A stretch of DNA of 64,000 bases from Prasinococcaceae sp. CCMP 1430. Lineage: Eukaryota; Plantae; Prasinodermophyta. A program made the position numbers and the translations under genes. The notes beneath the pieces are model-generated. The model ran no database searches. It had not been told where the DNA came from and worked only from the letters and a program-made list of their open reading frames with translations. Shown here piece after piece: positions 21,368 to 32,663 of this stretch. The stretch covers positions 24,235 through 88,234 of the forward strand of contig RQSC01000152.1 in NCBI GenBank assembly GCA_013416795.1. The letters are read 5' to 3'. The number at the start of each line of letters is the position of its first letter. Positions within the stretch are counted from its first letter, which is position 1.

Positions 21368-24300
21368 TTACTGCTCCGTGCCTGTGCCAGCCGCGTCCTG
21401 CAGGCAAGCAGCAAACGCAGCGGCAGCCTCGGCGACGTGCGCCGACGGGTGTCCCTCGAGTTCGCGAGCAAGCGGCGCGAGCGGCGCCAGCTTATCGGTC
21501 GTATCGGCGCCCCGCCGAAGCAGCGCGGCGGCGATTGCGAGTGCGGGCTCCAAAAAAGGCTCGACTGTGTTCGTGGCGGCGTACTCGAGCACTCCGGCGA
21601 CGGCAGCTGACGCCTGGAGCGACACAAGCTCGGTCGTCGGCAGCTCCGACTCATCCAGCTGCAGCACATGGCGAACCAACTTGATGTTGTGAACGTTGCA
21701 CAGCATCGACGACACGCTGAGGAAGCTCACGAAGTGGGGGATCAGCCCCGAGCGGGCGGCAGCCACCGCGTAACGCGCCGCGTCGCGCTCCATCAGCGAG
21801 CCAAGCAGCTTGAGCGTACAGAGCGGGATAGGCTCCTCGTCGGAGAGCAGGTCCGAGTATACTGGGCCCAGTCGCAGTACGCATGCGTCTGCGACTTCAC
21901 GCGCGTACGCATCGTACGTCCCTGGCGTCGACAGGATAGGGCCGAGGAGGTCCCCGATGGTGCGCAACGCCTGAAATCTGAGCTCACTCACAGAGCCGCC
22001 AGCCACAGCGTCCGCCAGGGGTGGCAACAGCCTTGAGGTGACGGCCGCAGCGCGCTCCAGCAGAAGGTCGGGCTGCGACGCGCACGCCTCGACTGTCTGC
22101 AGAAGGCAGGTTGCGAACTCCAGCGGTACCGACGACGGCGAGAACACTCCACCCGACACCCTCGGAGCGAGCGTCAACCGCACGAGCTCGCCGAGCTTGT
22201 CGATGAGCGCGTCGTTCGCCGCCTGGACACGAAGCGATGCCGATCCGACGACGAAAAGCACCGCGGGAAAGAGAGCCAGTGCTCCACCCCCTCTGGACTG
22301 GTTCTGCTGCGACTGTGTCCGTCGTTTTCGCAGCTCACTGACCGTGGAGTCGATGATCGCAGTGGCTGTGCTCACGCATTCAGCCTGCAGCGCGCGTAGA
22401 GCGTCTGCGCCATAGTCGTTTCCCATAAAGGACGAGTCTGCGGCAAGGCGGTCAAGCGTCGGCAACAGCCGTGACGCGCACGCTTGTCGCAGCGCGCGAG
22501 GGGAGCGGCTGACCAGCAGGAGGAGCGCGAGGCACGCCTTGCCACGCAGCACGACCGCCGATTGCTCGAGGCACGCAAGTAGAGGCGGCAGAAGCAATCG
22601 CTCCTCTGTAACGGTAAGCACGATGGCCGGCCGGCCGGCCTCACCACTGGAGGTGTCCATGAGTGCCACGCAGGCAATCGACGCCATAGCCTGCGAAGCT
22701 CGACCCTGAGGGTCTGCTACGCCACGCGCCAGCAGCTTCGCTCCACCGCTGTGTCGCATGACGCCGGCGGCAAGTCCGCGGCGCTGACGCAATACCCTTG
22801 CAAGCGCACCCGCCACCGTTGCCCGCAGCTGCTCCGAGCGGCAGGTGCTGTACAGCGACGCGAGGTTCGTGGCCATTTCGACGGTCGATACCCGCGTGGG
22901 CCACTCGCCGGTGCCAGAGGCGACATTCTCGATGGTTTTCGCAGCGTAATGCGCTGCGACTTCGTCCTCGCCGGGCCGCAGCAGCTGCGTCATGGCGCCG
23001 ACCACCTCATGGGGTATGTGCCACGGGCTCGGCCTTACGCGACCACTGTTGCCAGCACCACTGACCATGCCTGCCTCCTGCGCTTGCGTCGCCACGTAGA
23101 AGAGTAGCTCGCCCAACGCAGCCATCGCTCGCCTCTTGAGGCGTTCGTCGCGCTCGCCAAGAGCCTCGGTAAGCGCCTCCGCGACGCCAGATTGTGCGAG
23201 CTCCTCGGCGATGTAGGTGGCGTGGCGCAGGAGCGTGCCCATCACCGCCGCCAGCCGAGCTCGAAGGGCAGGTGATTTAGCGGATCGCAGGATGCGCACG
23301 AGGAGGCCCATGAGCGAGCTATTGATGAGCACGTTGGCTGCCGATTGGTTGGAGCAGAGCGTCTCAAAGTAGCAAAGAGAGTTCAACCGCTCCTGAAGCG
23401 GCACCGATCCGCTAAGCGAGCGATACACCTGCGTGAGGAAGTCCTCCAGCTCTGGCTGGGCCATCGCCAGCATCTCATCAAGCGCTGATGCGCGAAATGG
23501 GAGGAGCCGCCGGTCGTACGTTGGCTCGGCCACCTTCTCGATGCGACGGTTGTGCACGATGGGTTTGACAGCCTGATCACTACGATGCCACAAAAGCTCC
23601 TCGACCACGCTTGCAGCCGAACATGTACGGGCCTCTGACCCCTGCGGAGTCGAGTCCTCACCGACAGCGTGCTCTCCATCCTGAGCGCCATTTGCCAGAT
23701 CGCCAGCCGCTTTGTCGTGGCCATTGCTGCCAACGGAAAGGGGTCCATCTGGAGCAACTGCAGACTCCCATGGTCCAGACCTGCGCGACCTCGACGTGCG
23801 GCCGAACGCTGATGCATCAGGCTCATCTGCCGAGATATCCGTCGGAGCGACATCGTCAGCACCGTCCTCGCCGGGCGTAGTACGGTCTGCTCCTGCCGAA
23901 TTTGCATGGTCCACCACACCCGCGGAGATTTTGTTGTTCGCCTCCCCCCCGCCGCCGACACCCGTCTCAAAGTTCAGCTCCGTTTCTGTGTCGCTGAGGG
24001 CAACATCGCCGTCGTTGTCATCGTGGCCGAAGGCGGACTTGCCAGGGGCGTGCCCCTGAACAGCATTCCCGCCCGCCTTGCCAAGGTAGCCCTCCACCTC
24101 CTCGTCGTCCTGATTGTCGCGCGCGGCTATGCTCAGTCGTAGCACGTCAACGTCACTGGTGCGCCGCGCGACACTCGCCCGCGCGGTGCTCGTCCTAGCC
24201 GCGTTCTCCTTGTCGACCTGATCGACGCCGCCTGCCAACGCATGGCCTGCGTTCCGGCTGACAGGCGCATCCACCGCATGCTGTTCGAGTTTGTGCACGG

Positions 24301-25228
24301 CTTTGGTGCCGCTTGTGCCCTCAACGCCCGCTGCCCCACGACCATCGGGGGCGGTGACTGCCGCTGCCAGCCTCGACTTTCGGAGGAATGCCTCGAACGC
24401 CGGCTGCGCTGGCAGCTTGCGTTCGTGCAGTGGCACGCGCCAAACGGGGTGCACGCGAACCTCACTCCAACCGATGCGTTTCGCTGGGTCCTTCTCCAGC
24501 AGCTTTGAGACTAGGTCAACGAGGGCAGGCGACGTGCCCTCGGGCAGGGGTGGCGTCTCGTCGTCAAGAATCATCGCGACCAATTTCTGGAAGGAGGAGT
24601 CGACGAAGGGTGGCGTTCCCGTCACGCACTCGTAGATGACGCAGCCGAGCGCCCACAGGTCGCTTGCGAAAGAGTGGAATGAGCCGTCGGCGAATAGCTC
24701 GGGCGCCATATAGCACGGGGCGCCGCGCCCCGTGCCATGCTTTGCCGCCGGTCCTGCGCCTCCCCGCGCGGCCGCGCGCTCGATGTCCGTGAGGCGCAGC
24801 GCGTTCCCGAAGTCGCACAGCTTGAGGCGACCATCCTCGTCGAGCAGCACGTTGGACGGCCTGAGCGCCACGTACACGATACCCTGCGAGTGCAGGAAAT
24901 ACAACGCGTCGGCGAGCCCACGGCCGAAGTCGTGCACGGAGGCCTCGGGCAGCACCCCGTCCTGCTTGAGCAGTGTCGACATGTCGCCTCCCACGCAGTA
25001 CTCCAGGATGAGCCAAAGGTGGTTGGACGTCTCGTACCATGCGTGGAATCGCAGCACCGCCTCGTGGCGCAGCGCGTGCAAGATGCGCACCTCCTGCAGC
25101 ACCCGCGCCTTTTGCGACTTGTCGACCGACTTGACCGCGTAGTACTGGATCGTCTTCTTGCGCCTCGACTTGTACACGACGGAGTGCTTGCCACGACCGA
25201 TCTGCTCGTAGATGTGGAAGTTATTCAT
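21368..25228 (-). CDS. RUK: RUNKEL/ULK4 pseudokinase with C-terminal HEAT/ARM repeats
   Basis: MNNFHIYEQIGRGKHSVVYKSRRKKTIQYYAVKSVDK...WYETSNHLWLILEYCVGGD; GAPCYMAPELF; LWHRSDQAVKPIV; long helical-repeat C-terminus. Confidence 0.93.
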   Translation of the reverse strand: MNNFHIYEQIGRGKHSVVYKSRRKKTIQYYAVKSVDKSQKARVLQEVRILHALRHEAVLRFHAWYETSNHLWLILEYCVGGDMSTLLKQDGVLPEASVHDFGRGLADALYFLHSQGIVYVALRPSNVLLDEDGRLKLCDFGNALRLTDIERAAARGGAGPAAKHGTGRGAPCYMAPELFADGSFHSFASDLWALGCVIYECVTGTPPFVDSSFQKLVAMILDDETPPLPEGTSPALVDLVSKLLEKDPAKRIGWSEVRVHPVWRVPLHERKLPAQPAFEAFLRKSRLAAAVTAPDGRGAAGVEGTSGTKAVHKLEQHAVDAPVSRNAGHALAGGVDQVDKENAARTSTARASVARRTSDVDVLRLSIAARDNQDDEEVEGYLGKAGGNAVQGHAPGKSAFGHDDNDGDVALSDTETELNFETGVGGGGEANNKISAGVVDHANSAGADRTTPGEDGADDVAPTDISADEPDASAFGRTSRSRRSGPWESAVAPDGPLSVGSNGHDKAAGDLANGAQDGEHAVGEDSTPQGSEARTCSAASVVEELLWHRSDQAVKPIVHNRRIEKVAEPTYDRRLLPFRASALDEMLAMAQPELEDFLTQVYRSLSGSVPLQERLNSLCYFETLCSNQSAANVLINSSLMGLLVRILRSAKSPALRARLAAVMGTLLRHATYIAEELAQSGVAEALTEALGERDERLKRRAMAALGELLFYVATQAQEAGMVSGAGNSGRVRPSPWHIPHEVVGAMTQLLRPGEDEVAAHYAAKTIENVASGTGEWPTRVSTVEMATNLASLYSTCRSEQLRATVAGALARVLRQRRGLAAGVMRHSGGAKLLARGVADPQGRASQAMASIACVALMDTSSGEAGRPAIVLTVTEERLLLPPLLACLEQSAVVLRGKACLALLLLVSRSPRALRQACASRLLPTLDRLAADSSFMGNDYGADALRALQAECVSTATAIIDSTVSELRKRRTQSQQNQSRGGGALALFPAVLFVVGSASLRVQAANDALIDKLGELVRLTLAPRVSGGVFSPSSVPLEFATCLLQTVEACASQPDLLLERAAAVTSRLLPPLADAVAGGSVSELRFQALRTIGDLLGPILSTPGTYDAYAREVADACVLRLGPVYSDLLSDEEPIPLCTLKLLGSLMERDAARYAVAAARSGLIPHFVSFLSVSSMLCNVHNIKLVRHVLQLDESELPTTELVSLQASAAVAGVLEYAATNTVEPFLEPALAIAAALLRRGADTTDKLAPLAPLARELEGHPSAHVAEAAAAFAACLQDAAGTGTEQ

Positions 25229-26030
25229 GGCGACCGCCGCGCTGCCGCGGCCTGGCGCCGGCTGCGCGGGGCCAACCCGCCTCGCGGAACGCCGCGAGGC
25301 GCCCTGCTCGGCGCGCTCGGCGCGCGCACAGTGGTTCCCCCCCCCCTCTTCCCTGCTCTCTCTCCCGTCCCTCAAAACCCGAGGTTGGGCATTCCCCCCA
25401 TTCCTGAGCACCATCACGTAGCACCTGCCCTCCGCACCGCCGCACGCAGCAGCAGCGCACGCGCAAACACGGCGCGAACGTCGCAGCCACCCCCGGGATG
25501 ACCCCCCGCTAATCCCGGTCTTTTCTACAATCACCCCTATATAAATAGTGGATCATCTGGGGCTCTCTCTGGCTCGTTCACCTGGTCAGCGAATTGGCAG
25601 TTTGAAAATGGCTGGGCGGTGTGTCTCTCGACGGCCTGTCTGTCTCACCATCAGCAACACCTACAGTATCGTAGAGTCCAAAGAGATCTGTGTGGTATCA
25701 ATGAACCACGGGAGAGTATTCGTCGCGCTCAGACGTGGATATCAGAATGCATGCGAAACGGGACGTGGCGCAGCAGGCCGCCAGAGCGCGCAGCGCTGCG
25801 CTGTTGTGGATTGCCCCAGCCTGCGCCCGCGGTGGCAGGAGAAGGGGGGGCAGGGACTGCGTCAGAGCGCACGCGGGAGGCGGCCTGGGGCTCTTCTGTT
25901 CCGTGGCCCCGCGCGGTGGGTCTCCTCGCCCGTCCGCCTAGCGGCCGCTGCGGACGCGTGTGTGGCGATGTTGGGGGGGGTCGCGCGCCGCTGCGCGGCG
26001 GCGGCGGCAGCGGCGACGGCGGCGGCAGGA

Positions 26031-27162
26031 CATGGGCGAGGGGAGAGCCTCGGCTGCGGCCGCGGGTGCGGGCGCCAAGGCGGCGGCGATCCGCGCGCTG
26101 CGCGAGCGCACGGGCGCAGGCATGATGGACGTCAAGAAGGCGCTCGAGGCTGCAGGCTGGGACGAGGAGGTGCGGGCCGGGGCACCCTGCCCCCGCGTGG
26201 CGCTGGGCCATGCCGCGCAGAGCGCAACGTTCCCCCACACAACCCAAGCCCGACCAGCGACGCACGCGCGCTGCGAGCGCCTGACACGCGCTGTCGATCT
26301 CAAATGTGCCCTCCCTCGTCCTCCCGCGCGACTGCAGGCGGCCGCGGATGCGCTGCGCGCCAAGGGGCTCGCCAAGGCTGCGAAGAAAGCCGGTCGCACC
26401 GCGATGGAGGGCCTCGTGGGCGTAGCGCTGTCTGACGACGCTGGCGCAGCCGCGCTCGTCGAGATCAACAGCGAGACGGACTTCGTCGCGCGCAATGAAC
26501 GCTTCCAGATTCTCGTCGGGCGAGTCGCGGCAGCGGCGCTCGCTGAGGGCACTGCTGGTGACGTGCCCGCGCGGCGCAGCGCGGCCACAGGTTCCATGGA
26601 GCTCGATGTGGAAGCGCTGCTCGGCAGGCCAGACGGCACGGATGGCGATCTCAAGATGACTGTCACCGAAGTGGCTGCCGCGTGCGGCGAAAATGTGCGC
26701 GTGCGCCGCGCGTCGCTGGTGCTCGCGCCGCCGGGTGGCCACGTGGCCGTGTACATGCACAATTCGCCAGCCGGTGCCACCGCGCTAGGCCAGATGGGCG
26801 GCGCCGTGGCGGTCGCGCCTGGTGCCAACGCCGACGAGGCCGCGCGCATTGCAATGCACGCGGTCGCTGCGCGCCCGGCGTATCTTAACCGTGCATCGGT
26901 GCCCCCTGAGGACCTCGAGCGGGAGCGCGCTGTCCTCTCGGAGCAGGCACTCGCCAGCGGCAAGCCGGCCAACGTTGTCGAGAAGATGGTCGCCGGGAGG
27001 CTCAACAAGTTCTACGAGGAGCACGCGCTCGCCGAGCAAAAGCTCGTGATGGACGACAAGATGTCCGTCAAGAAGGCGCTCGGTGCCGACGATGCGCTTT
27101 GCAGCTTTGCGCGCCTCCAGGTCGGCGAGGGGATGTCCGCGCTCGACGAGGAGGAGGCGTGA
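26031..27162 (+). CDS. TSFM: mitochondrial elongation factor Ts; in-frame intron 26170-26337
   Basis: IRALRERTGAGMMDVKKAL, AKAAKKAGRTAMEGLV, LVEINSETDFVARNERF, IAMHAVAARP, KMVAGRLNKFYEE and RLQVGEG are EF-Ts motifs. GAG|gtgcgg...ctgcag|GCG. Confidence 0.93.
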
Positions 27163-27266
27163 GGCGCGCCGTGACCGATTTTTCCTTGCGCATGGCGCTC
27201 GAGCAGATTCGCTCCCGCGAGCGCCATTTGCCAACTACTAATACAAAGCCCTTACTCGCTGTCCGG

Positions 27267-28055
27267 CTAGCTAGAGTCGGTGTGGGCACCGGCGTTAGCC
27301 TGCTTCCACGTGATGGCCTCGATGAGGTTGGCGGCGGCGTGCGCGACCGCTGCGGACATGATCGAGCCGCTCGCGAGCGCCGCCACACCATATGCAGCGC
27401 CTGCCGCGCCAGCGAACGCTGCGAACGCCGCGTTGCGGCCGCCATTGTTGTGGAGCACGCCAAACACCGCTGCGGCGACCAGCACGCCGCGCATGTCTGC
27501 TCCCACCGCAGGCATGAGCGCGCCGCGGAACAGGAGCTCCTCCGCCAGCCCGGGTAGACACGCCACCACCACTGCGTCCACCGCCGACAGAGGCGTGAGC
27601 ACCTGTGTGAGTGAGCGCTCCGACGCGGCCGCGTAATCGGGCACCGACGCTTTCACGGCACGGCGCGACACCGTCACCAACGTGGCGGCTGCGACCCCCA
27701 CTCCGAGCACCACCGCCGTGTTGGACTCGCCAAGCCCCAGCGCGACGTCATGCGTATCCCCCAGCGCGGGCACGCCCTTGGCATATGCGAGGTGCCCCCC
27801 CTCCCGCAGCAGCGCGCCCAGCACTGACAGCGTTGCGCAGCTCGACAGGCACGCCTCGACCACCCGTTCGCGGCCCACAGCCGGCAGCGCGTCGGGGTCA
27901 TCGAGGCCACCGCTTTCCGCTTCGGCCGCTTTGCCTGTTTTGGCGGGGGAGTTCGGCACGGCGGCCTCATCGGCCTGGGCGGGCGCTTCGCTTGCGCCGC
28001 TGGCGCCGCCCCCGCTCCCGCCGCCACCGCCGCCGCCGCCGCCGCCAAAGCCCCC
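27267..28055 (-). CDS. CPBP/Abi (CAAX protease type II) intramembrane protease, 5' end lost at N 28059
   Basis: PGLAEELLFRGAL (EExxxR), FGVLH and AVAHAAAN motifs; Gly-rich linker at the N-terminus. Confidence 0.85.
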   Translation of the reverse strand, partial: GGFGGGGGGGGGGSGGGASGASEAPAQADEAAVPNSPAKTGKAAEAESGGLDDPDALPAVGRERVVEACLSSCATLSVLGALLREGGHLAYAKGVPALGDTHDVALGLGESNTAVVLGVGVAAATLVTVSRRAVKASVPDYAAASERSLTQVLTPLSAVDAVVVACLPGLAEELLFRGALMPAVGADMRGVLVAAAVFGVLHNNGGRNAAFAAFAGAAGAAYGVAALASGSIMSAAVAHAAANLIEAITWKQANAGAHTDSS

Positions 28056-28189
28056 CCCNCACATGCCAGACACATACGACTACCACATGCCAGACATATA
28101 CAACCAAACTCCACACTGAGACATGAGACATACCGTACATTCATGCTTGACGACTTCGCTTCATGCAACCAATACGCATCCTTTTGAAC

Positions 28190-28710
28190 CTTCGGCGGGG
28201 GACGGCGGGTTGTGCGAGGTGGCTGCGGCGGTCCGCGCGCACGTCGCCGAGCTGCAGGGGCTGGACATGCCCGCAGAGGAGGTGCGCCTGCTGCTCCTTG
28301 CGACGCCGCCGCTCGGCGCGGACTACGGCGGCCTCGCGCTACAGGCGGCGTACGGCGTGGCTATGGGCGCTGGGGAGGGCGATGACGTACCAGCACTCGC
28401 CGGCGCTCTCGACGCCGAGGGCGTGGGCTCAGGCGAGCTCGTTGCCGTCGAGAGCATGCTCGCGCAGCTGGTGCGAGACCGCCGTGAGGTCATTGAGAGC
28501 GAGGAAGCGCAGGCAGTCGACACGCCTCTGCTCAACAATGCTGTCGTCGACTCCCTCGACCTCGACGAGGAGCAGAAGCAATCGCTCTTCCCGCTGGTGC
28601 AGTCGATCTTCGACAAGGGTTATGCCGTCGCAGTTTGGTCGGGCGTCCTGGGCGCTGTGGGGTTCATCACGCTGATGAATAACCTGATCATGAGTTCGCG
28701 CCCTCAGTGA
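28190..28710 (+). CDS. hypothetical protein with C-terminal TM, 5' end uncertain
   Basis: Strong GC3-biased codons; C-terminal hydrophobic GYAVAVWSGVLGAVGFITLM; TGTAA at 28763. Confidence 0.55.
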
Positions 28711-29262
28711 CCGAGGGCGGGGCGCGCGAGGCGTTGATCGGTGACGAGACCACGTGCCCACATGTAATTTGACCGTAGCCAAGGGGCGCGAGAGTGTACT
28801 GCGTGGTTGTCTCTAGCTAGCTCTAGCGAGAGGGTCTCTCTACTAGCTAGCTGGCCTCAGCAAACTGTTGGAGAGCGAGCGCCCACACGCGGCGCAGCAA
28901 CACGACGTCCAGTGGCGCGGGCGTGTCGACATCCTTGAGGTCCATTGTCGCGAGCAGCTTTTGGAGTACTCGTCGAGCACATCTCCATCCAAATTCCCTG
29001 CGCTTGGGAAGAATGATGAGCAAACGTGGCGTTTCGCGCACCGGAGCTCGTGGTGGTTCCCCGAGAGCTGGCGCTTACACGCGCTGCCTGCAGCCGGATG
29101 CAGCACTTAGGGAGCGCCGCGGGCGCACGCGCAGGCGCAGGTGCAGGGAAGAGGTGCGGCGCCTCGCGGGGGCGAGCCACAGCGTAGCGTGACACGGCGT
29201 GGCGCAGGTCACTAACGCGGGACGACGTGAGCACGGGCGCGCGGCGGGGGTGGGTGGGGAGA

Positions 29263-29277
29263 GGGGGGGGGGGGGAA

Positions 29278-29329
<52 letters not shown>
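29263..29329 (+). repeat. poly-G tract (G13-AA-~G52)
   Basis: Direct reading; ~24 nt upstream of the GNAT ATG. Confidence 0.9.
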
Positions 29330-29331
<2 letters not shown>

Positions 29332-29352
29332 AAGAGACCACGGATAGCGGCG

Positions 29353-30186
29353 ATGGCGGCAGTGGCGCCGGCCGCGATGACGATGGCGATGTCCGCCGGC
29401 CCCGGCGGCAGCCGCGACGCGTCCGCTGGCGTGCGCGTGGAGGTGCTCACACCGGCTCGCTTCGAGGGCGCGGCGAAGGTCTTCAACGACTTCATGTCGC
29501 GCGGTAAGGGAGGGTGCGTTGGGCTCTGCCCGTACTCGTGGTGCCCGATGTCGACCGATGACTTCAGCAAGCTGTACAGAGAGTACCCTGACACGCTCTC
29601 GACGACGGCTGTGGCCGTGCGCGAGGCGGATGACGCCGTGGTCGGCACTATTCGCCTATCCGTGTATGGCCAACCACGCAGCAGCGGAGATGAGGAGATA
29701 CACAAGCTGAAACCTGGCGAGGTATGCGCTGTCAGCCTCCGTGCTTGGGCGCTGACTTCATGATGCCTCCGCGCCCGTCGCTTTGGCCTAGCTAGACTTC
29801 CTGCGATGGTTGCGCATTGAGATAGTGTACAGTACTGTACTGTATATGTGCAGCACTGACAGGGTTGGCCGTGCCGCCCACCTCGACGCGGCTTGACACA
29901 GGCCTACATCGAGAGCGCGGCCGTTCTTCCAGCGGCGCGTGGCGCTGGCATCGGCACGAGGTTCCTGCACTGGTGTGAGGACGTGGCGAGGCAGCGAGGC
30001 GCTACAGTCCTCACGCTCGCAGTCGTGAACGGAAACCCTGCCCGGCGGCTCTACGAGCGCTTCGGCTTCGTGGAAAGGCCTGAGGATAGATGCGAGAGCT
30101 GCGTTGGCGCGTATTACAGCGCTTGCTTGATCGGCCTGCCGCATGGTCGCTGTGGTGCCGCGGTCATGGAGAAGGAGCTCGCATAA
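29353..30186 (+). CDS. GNAT-family N-acetyltransferase; intron 29722-29901
   Basis: AYIESAAVLPAARGAGIGTRFL (motif A, R/QxxGxG) and NPARRLYERFGF. Junction GAG|gtatgc...acacag|GCC. Confidence 0.88.
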
Positions 30187-30272
30187 GGGCCTCGAAGACC
30201 AAGCTATCAGGCGCGGGAGCTCAGAGTCGCGGCGGTGGTCACTCCATAATAAGACTCACTGGGCAAACATGT

Positions 30273-32663
30273 TCATACGTAGTCCGGGCGGCTCTCGGCC
30301 TCCTGCAGCCCTCTTCGATAGGTACGCCGCCCCTTCTTGCTACTCCTACGCGCTGACGCGGCCATGTCGGCTCGTCCGGCGCCTGCAGCCGACGGCGCGC
30401 CCTCACGCCCACCCCCCTGGGACGCATCGCGCGAAGAGACTCCGTTGACGCTGGGCCCGGCTGCAACGGCGCCACTCCTCTCCAGCACCTCTCTGGCAAT
30501 TTCGAGGTGCTTCTCGGTGCACGTCTTCATCTCTTTGATCGCCCCTCCGCGGATAGGGCCGGTGAGCAGGTTGCAGCCTTGTAGGAAGTCCACGCCGCTC
30601 TCCGCCTCGACGTCCAGCTGAATGCTATCTTCGCCGCCCTCGCGGACAGCCTTACTCCCTCCACCAGTGGCAGAGCCGCTGCTGGGTTGCACGCGCCAGC
30701 GCGTGCACACCACGAAGCGATTGCCGCATGGGACGTCATGTGCCATGGAGCCCTCCTCGTACACGAGCGCGCCCTCGTCTTCGTACGCCCGTTGTACCTT
30801 GGTAACGCGCGTGGCTTTCTCACCGACGACCTTCTTGATCGCCCGCAGCACCGTGAGACGCCGCGCCCCGCTCGTCAGCATCGCACGTGCAGTCTCTGGC
30901 GTAAGTGGCTCGTTGCCCTCCTCGGAGAGCTCCTGTTCCAAGTGTGCCTCGTCGAACGTGTCGTCCGCGTTGTCTTCCCGCTTCCAACGCGACCACCGCA
31001 CGTCGAACTCCTTGAAGTGGTCATTGTACCTTGTGACCGCGGGGCCTGCGAACGCCGCCGCGAAGAAGGTCGAGAGCGCGGCCTGGTTGTCTCTCGCGCG
31101 AATGTCAACGGCGCGGGGAGCGCACAGGACGGGCTTGAGCTCGCTCGGTCGCATGGTTATCACGCTGCCGCGACGGAGTCGCGACCGCAGGTCCGCGGCA
31201 GCGACGGCGGCCTTAGAGAGAGCCCTCTGTGCATCTGCTTCGCTCGCTTCCCCCTCGTCGCCTGCGCCCAGCGCTGCTCCGTCGGTTCCCGATTCCTCGC
31301 CAAAGTTGACGTCAAATTGCGCGGACATCGCCCGCTCGACAGCGCCGATCGCGTGTTTCACGCCGCGCACCTCATCGGCGAGAAGGTGCGCTGGCTTCGA
31401 GGCCGCGCGCCCCAGTGCCGCTGCCCCTGCGGCGGCCGCGCCGCCTATTGCCGCCTGTGCACGCCCACGACCGCGGCGCCCTCGCTTGTCGCGCGACTCG
31501 CGCTCATCCCGGCGCTTCTTGGCCGCGGCAGTGTGCAGCTTCGACCACGCTTTCTTGAGGATGCGGAACGCCCGGCGTGGCGGCAGCCTGTTGCCAACGA
31601 AGCCGATTTCGATGTCGATGGCCTCCGCGCGTGCGTTCGCGACGACCAGCCGCACACCGGCGACGTTGGGCGCGCATCCGCCCGGGAAAAGTTTGGCGCT
31701 GAAGAGATCCACGGAGAGGACCGACGCCAGTCGCACCTCGATCAGCACGCGCTCATCCTCTGTGCACATCAGCGGCTCCCCAATGGACAACGCTCGCGCC
31801 TGTGCGCGGACCATGGCGAGGGCGGGAGCTGGGCTGTCAGCTAATTACCTACGGCACGCCGGCGCGTGTCCCGCAGGCACGCAAGCTCGATCTGAGGCTA
31901 CCTTCGCGCCCATCGCAATGCGCACCTTGAGGACGGCCGTCGCGAAGTCCTCCGGCTCCGTATGGATGCACAAAACCTTGTTCGTCGCCACGACGTTGCA
32001 GCCTCGCCACGGAAGGCGCCGGTTGACGCGTACCACGGCCTCGTGCACGCCACACTTGAGGATCACGTCCATAAGCGCCGCCTGAGAGTGCTCGGACTCA
32101 GCGACATTGAGCATCTCGTCGTGATGGATATCCGTATCACCAACGCCCGTCTGCGCCCCCTCCCTCCCAGGGTACGTCCCAAAGCGCACGGCGGAGCCAG
32201 CCCGCCCTTCGCCATCGCGATACACGCTCCTGACGTCCCCACCCCCCGTGCGCCTGTCGATCGCAGGCGGGATGACGTCTCCGCTATCCGCGGAGGACCT
32301 ATGGAAGAGTGCGCTAAGTGTACTATTCTTGCTCAGGTTGCTATCTCCACCTTCGGCTCGCCCGAGATCGGCGCGCAGCAGCATGTCAATGGCGCCCACG
32401 CGCCACGCGACGTAGCACGCCGCTGCCGCCAGCAGAGCCAGCATTCCCAGCAAGACGACGTGCCCCGGCCAGCCAAAAACTGCCTGCTTCACCGCGCCCC
32501 CTCCCCCGAGCACGACATCCCCACTCATTGGGGAATCGTCTGTAGGTGTGTCAGCCTCCATCGGTGGCGGCAGCCCCCACCAGCCGAGCCACCAGCCCTG
32601 CCAATGCCAGTAATCAAACCAGTCTGAGACCACGACGGCGGCCATGGCTCCTAGCTCGCCCAT
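30273..32663 (-). CDS. membrane-anchored VASt (StART-like) lipid-transfer protein with a C2-like region; intron 31800-31901
   Basis: N-terminal TM (VVLLGMLALLAAAACYVAW). The C-terminal part has VASt hallmarks DVRWSRW, MAHDVPCGNRFVVCTRWRV, GVDFLQG and IRGGAIKE. AAG|gtagcc...gcacag|GCG is in phase. The C2 call is tentative. Confidence 0.65.

Noticed and set aside
25537-25960. TATATAAATAG followed by ORF MAGRCVSRRPVCL...
   Set aside because: The TATA box is plausible for the RUK/EF-Ts divergent promoter, but the ORF has no motif or coding-like codon bias, so it was not called as a gene.
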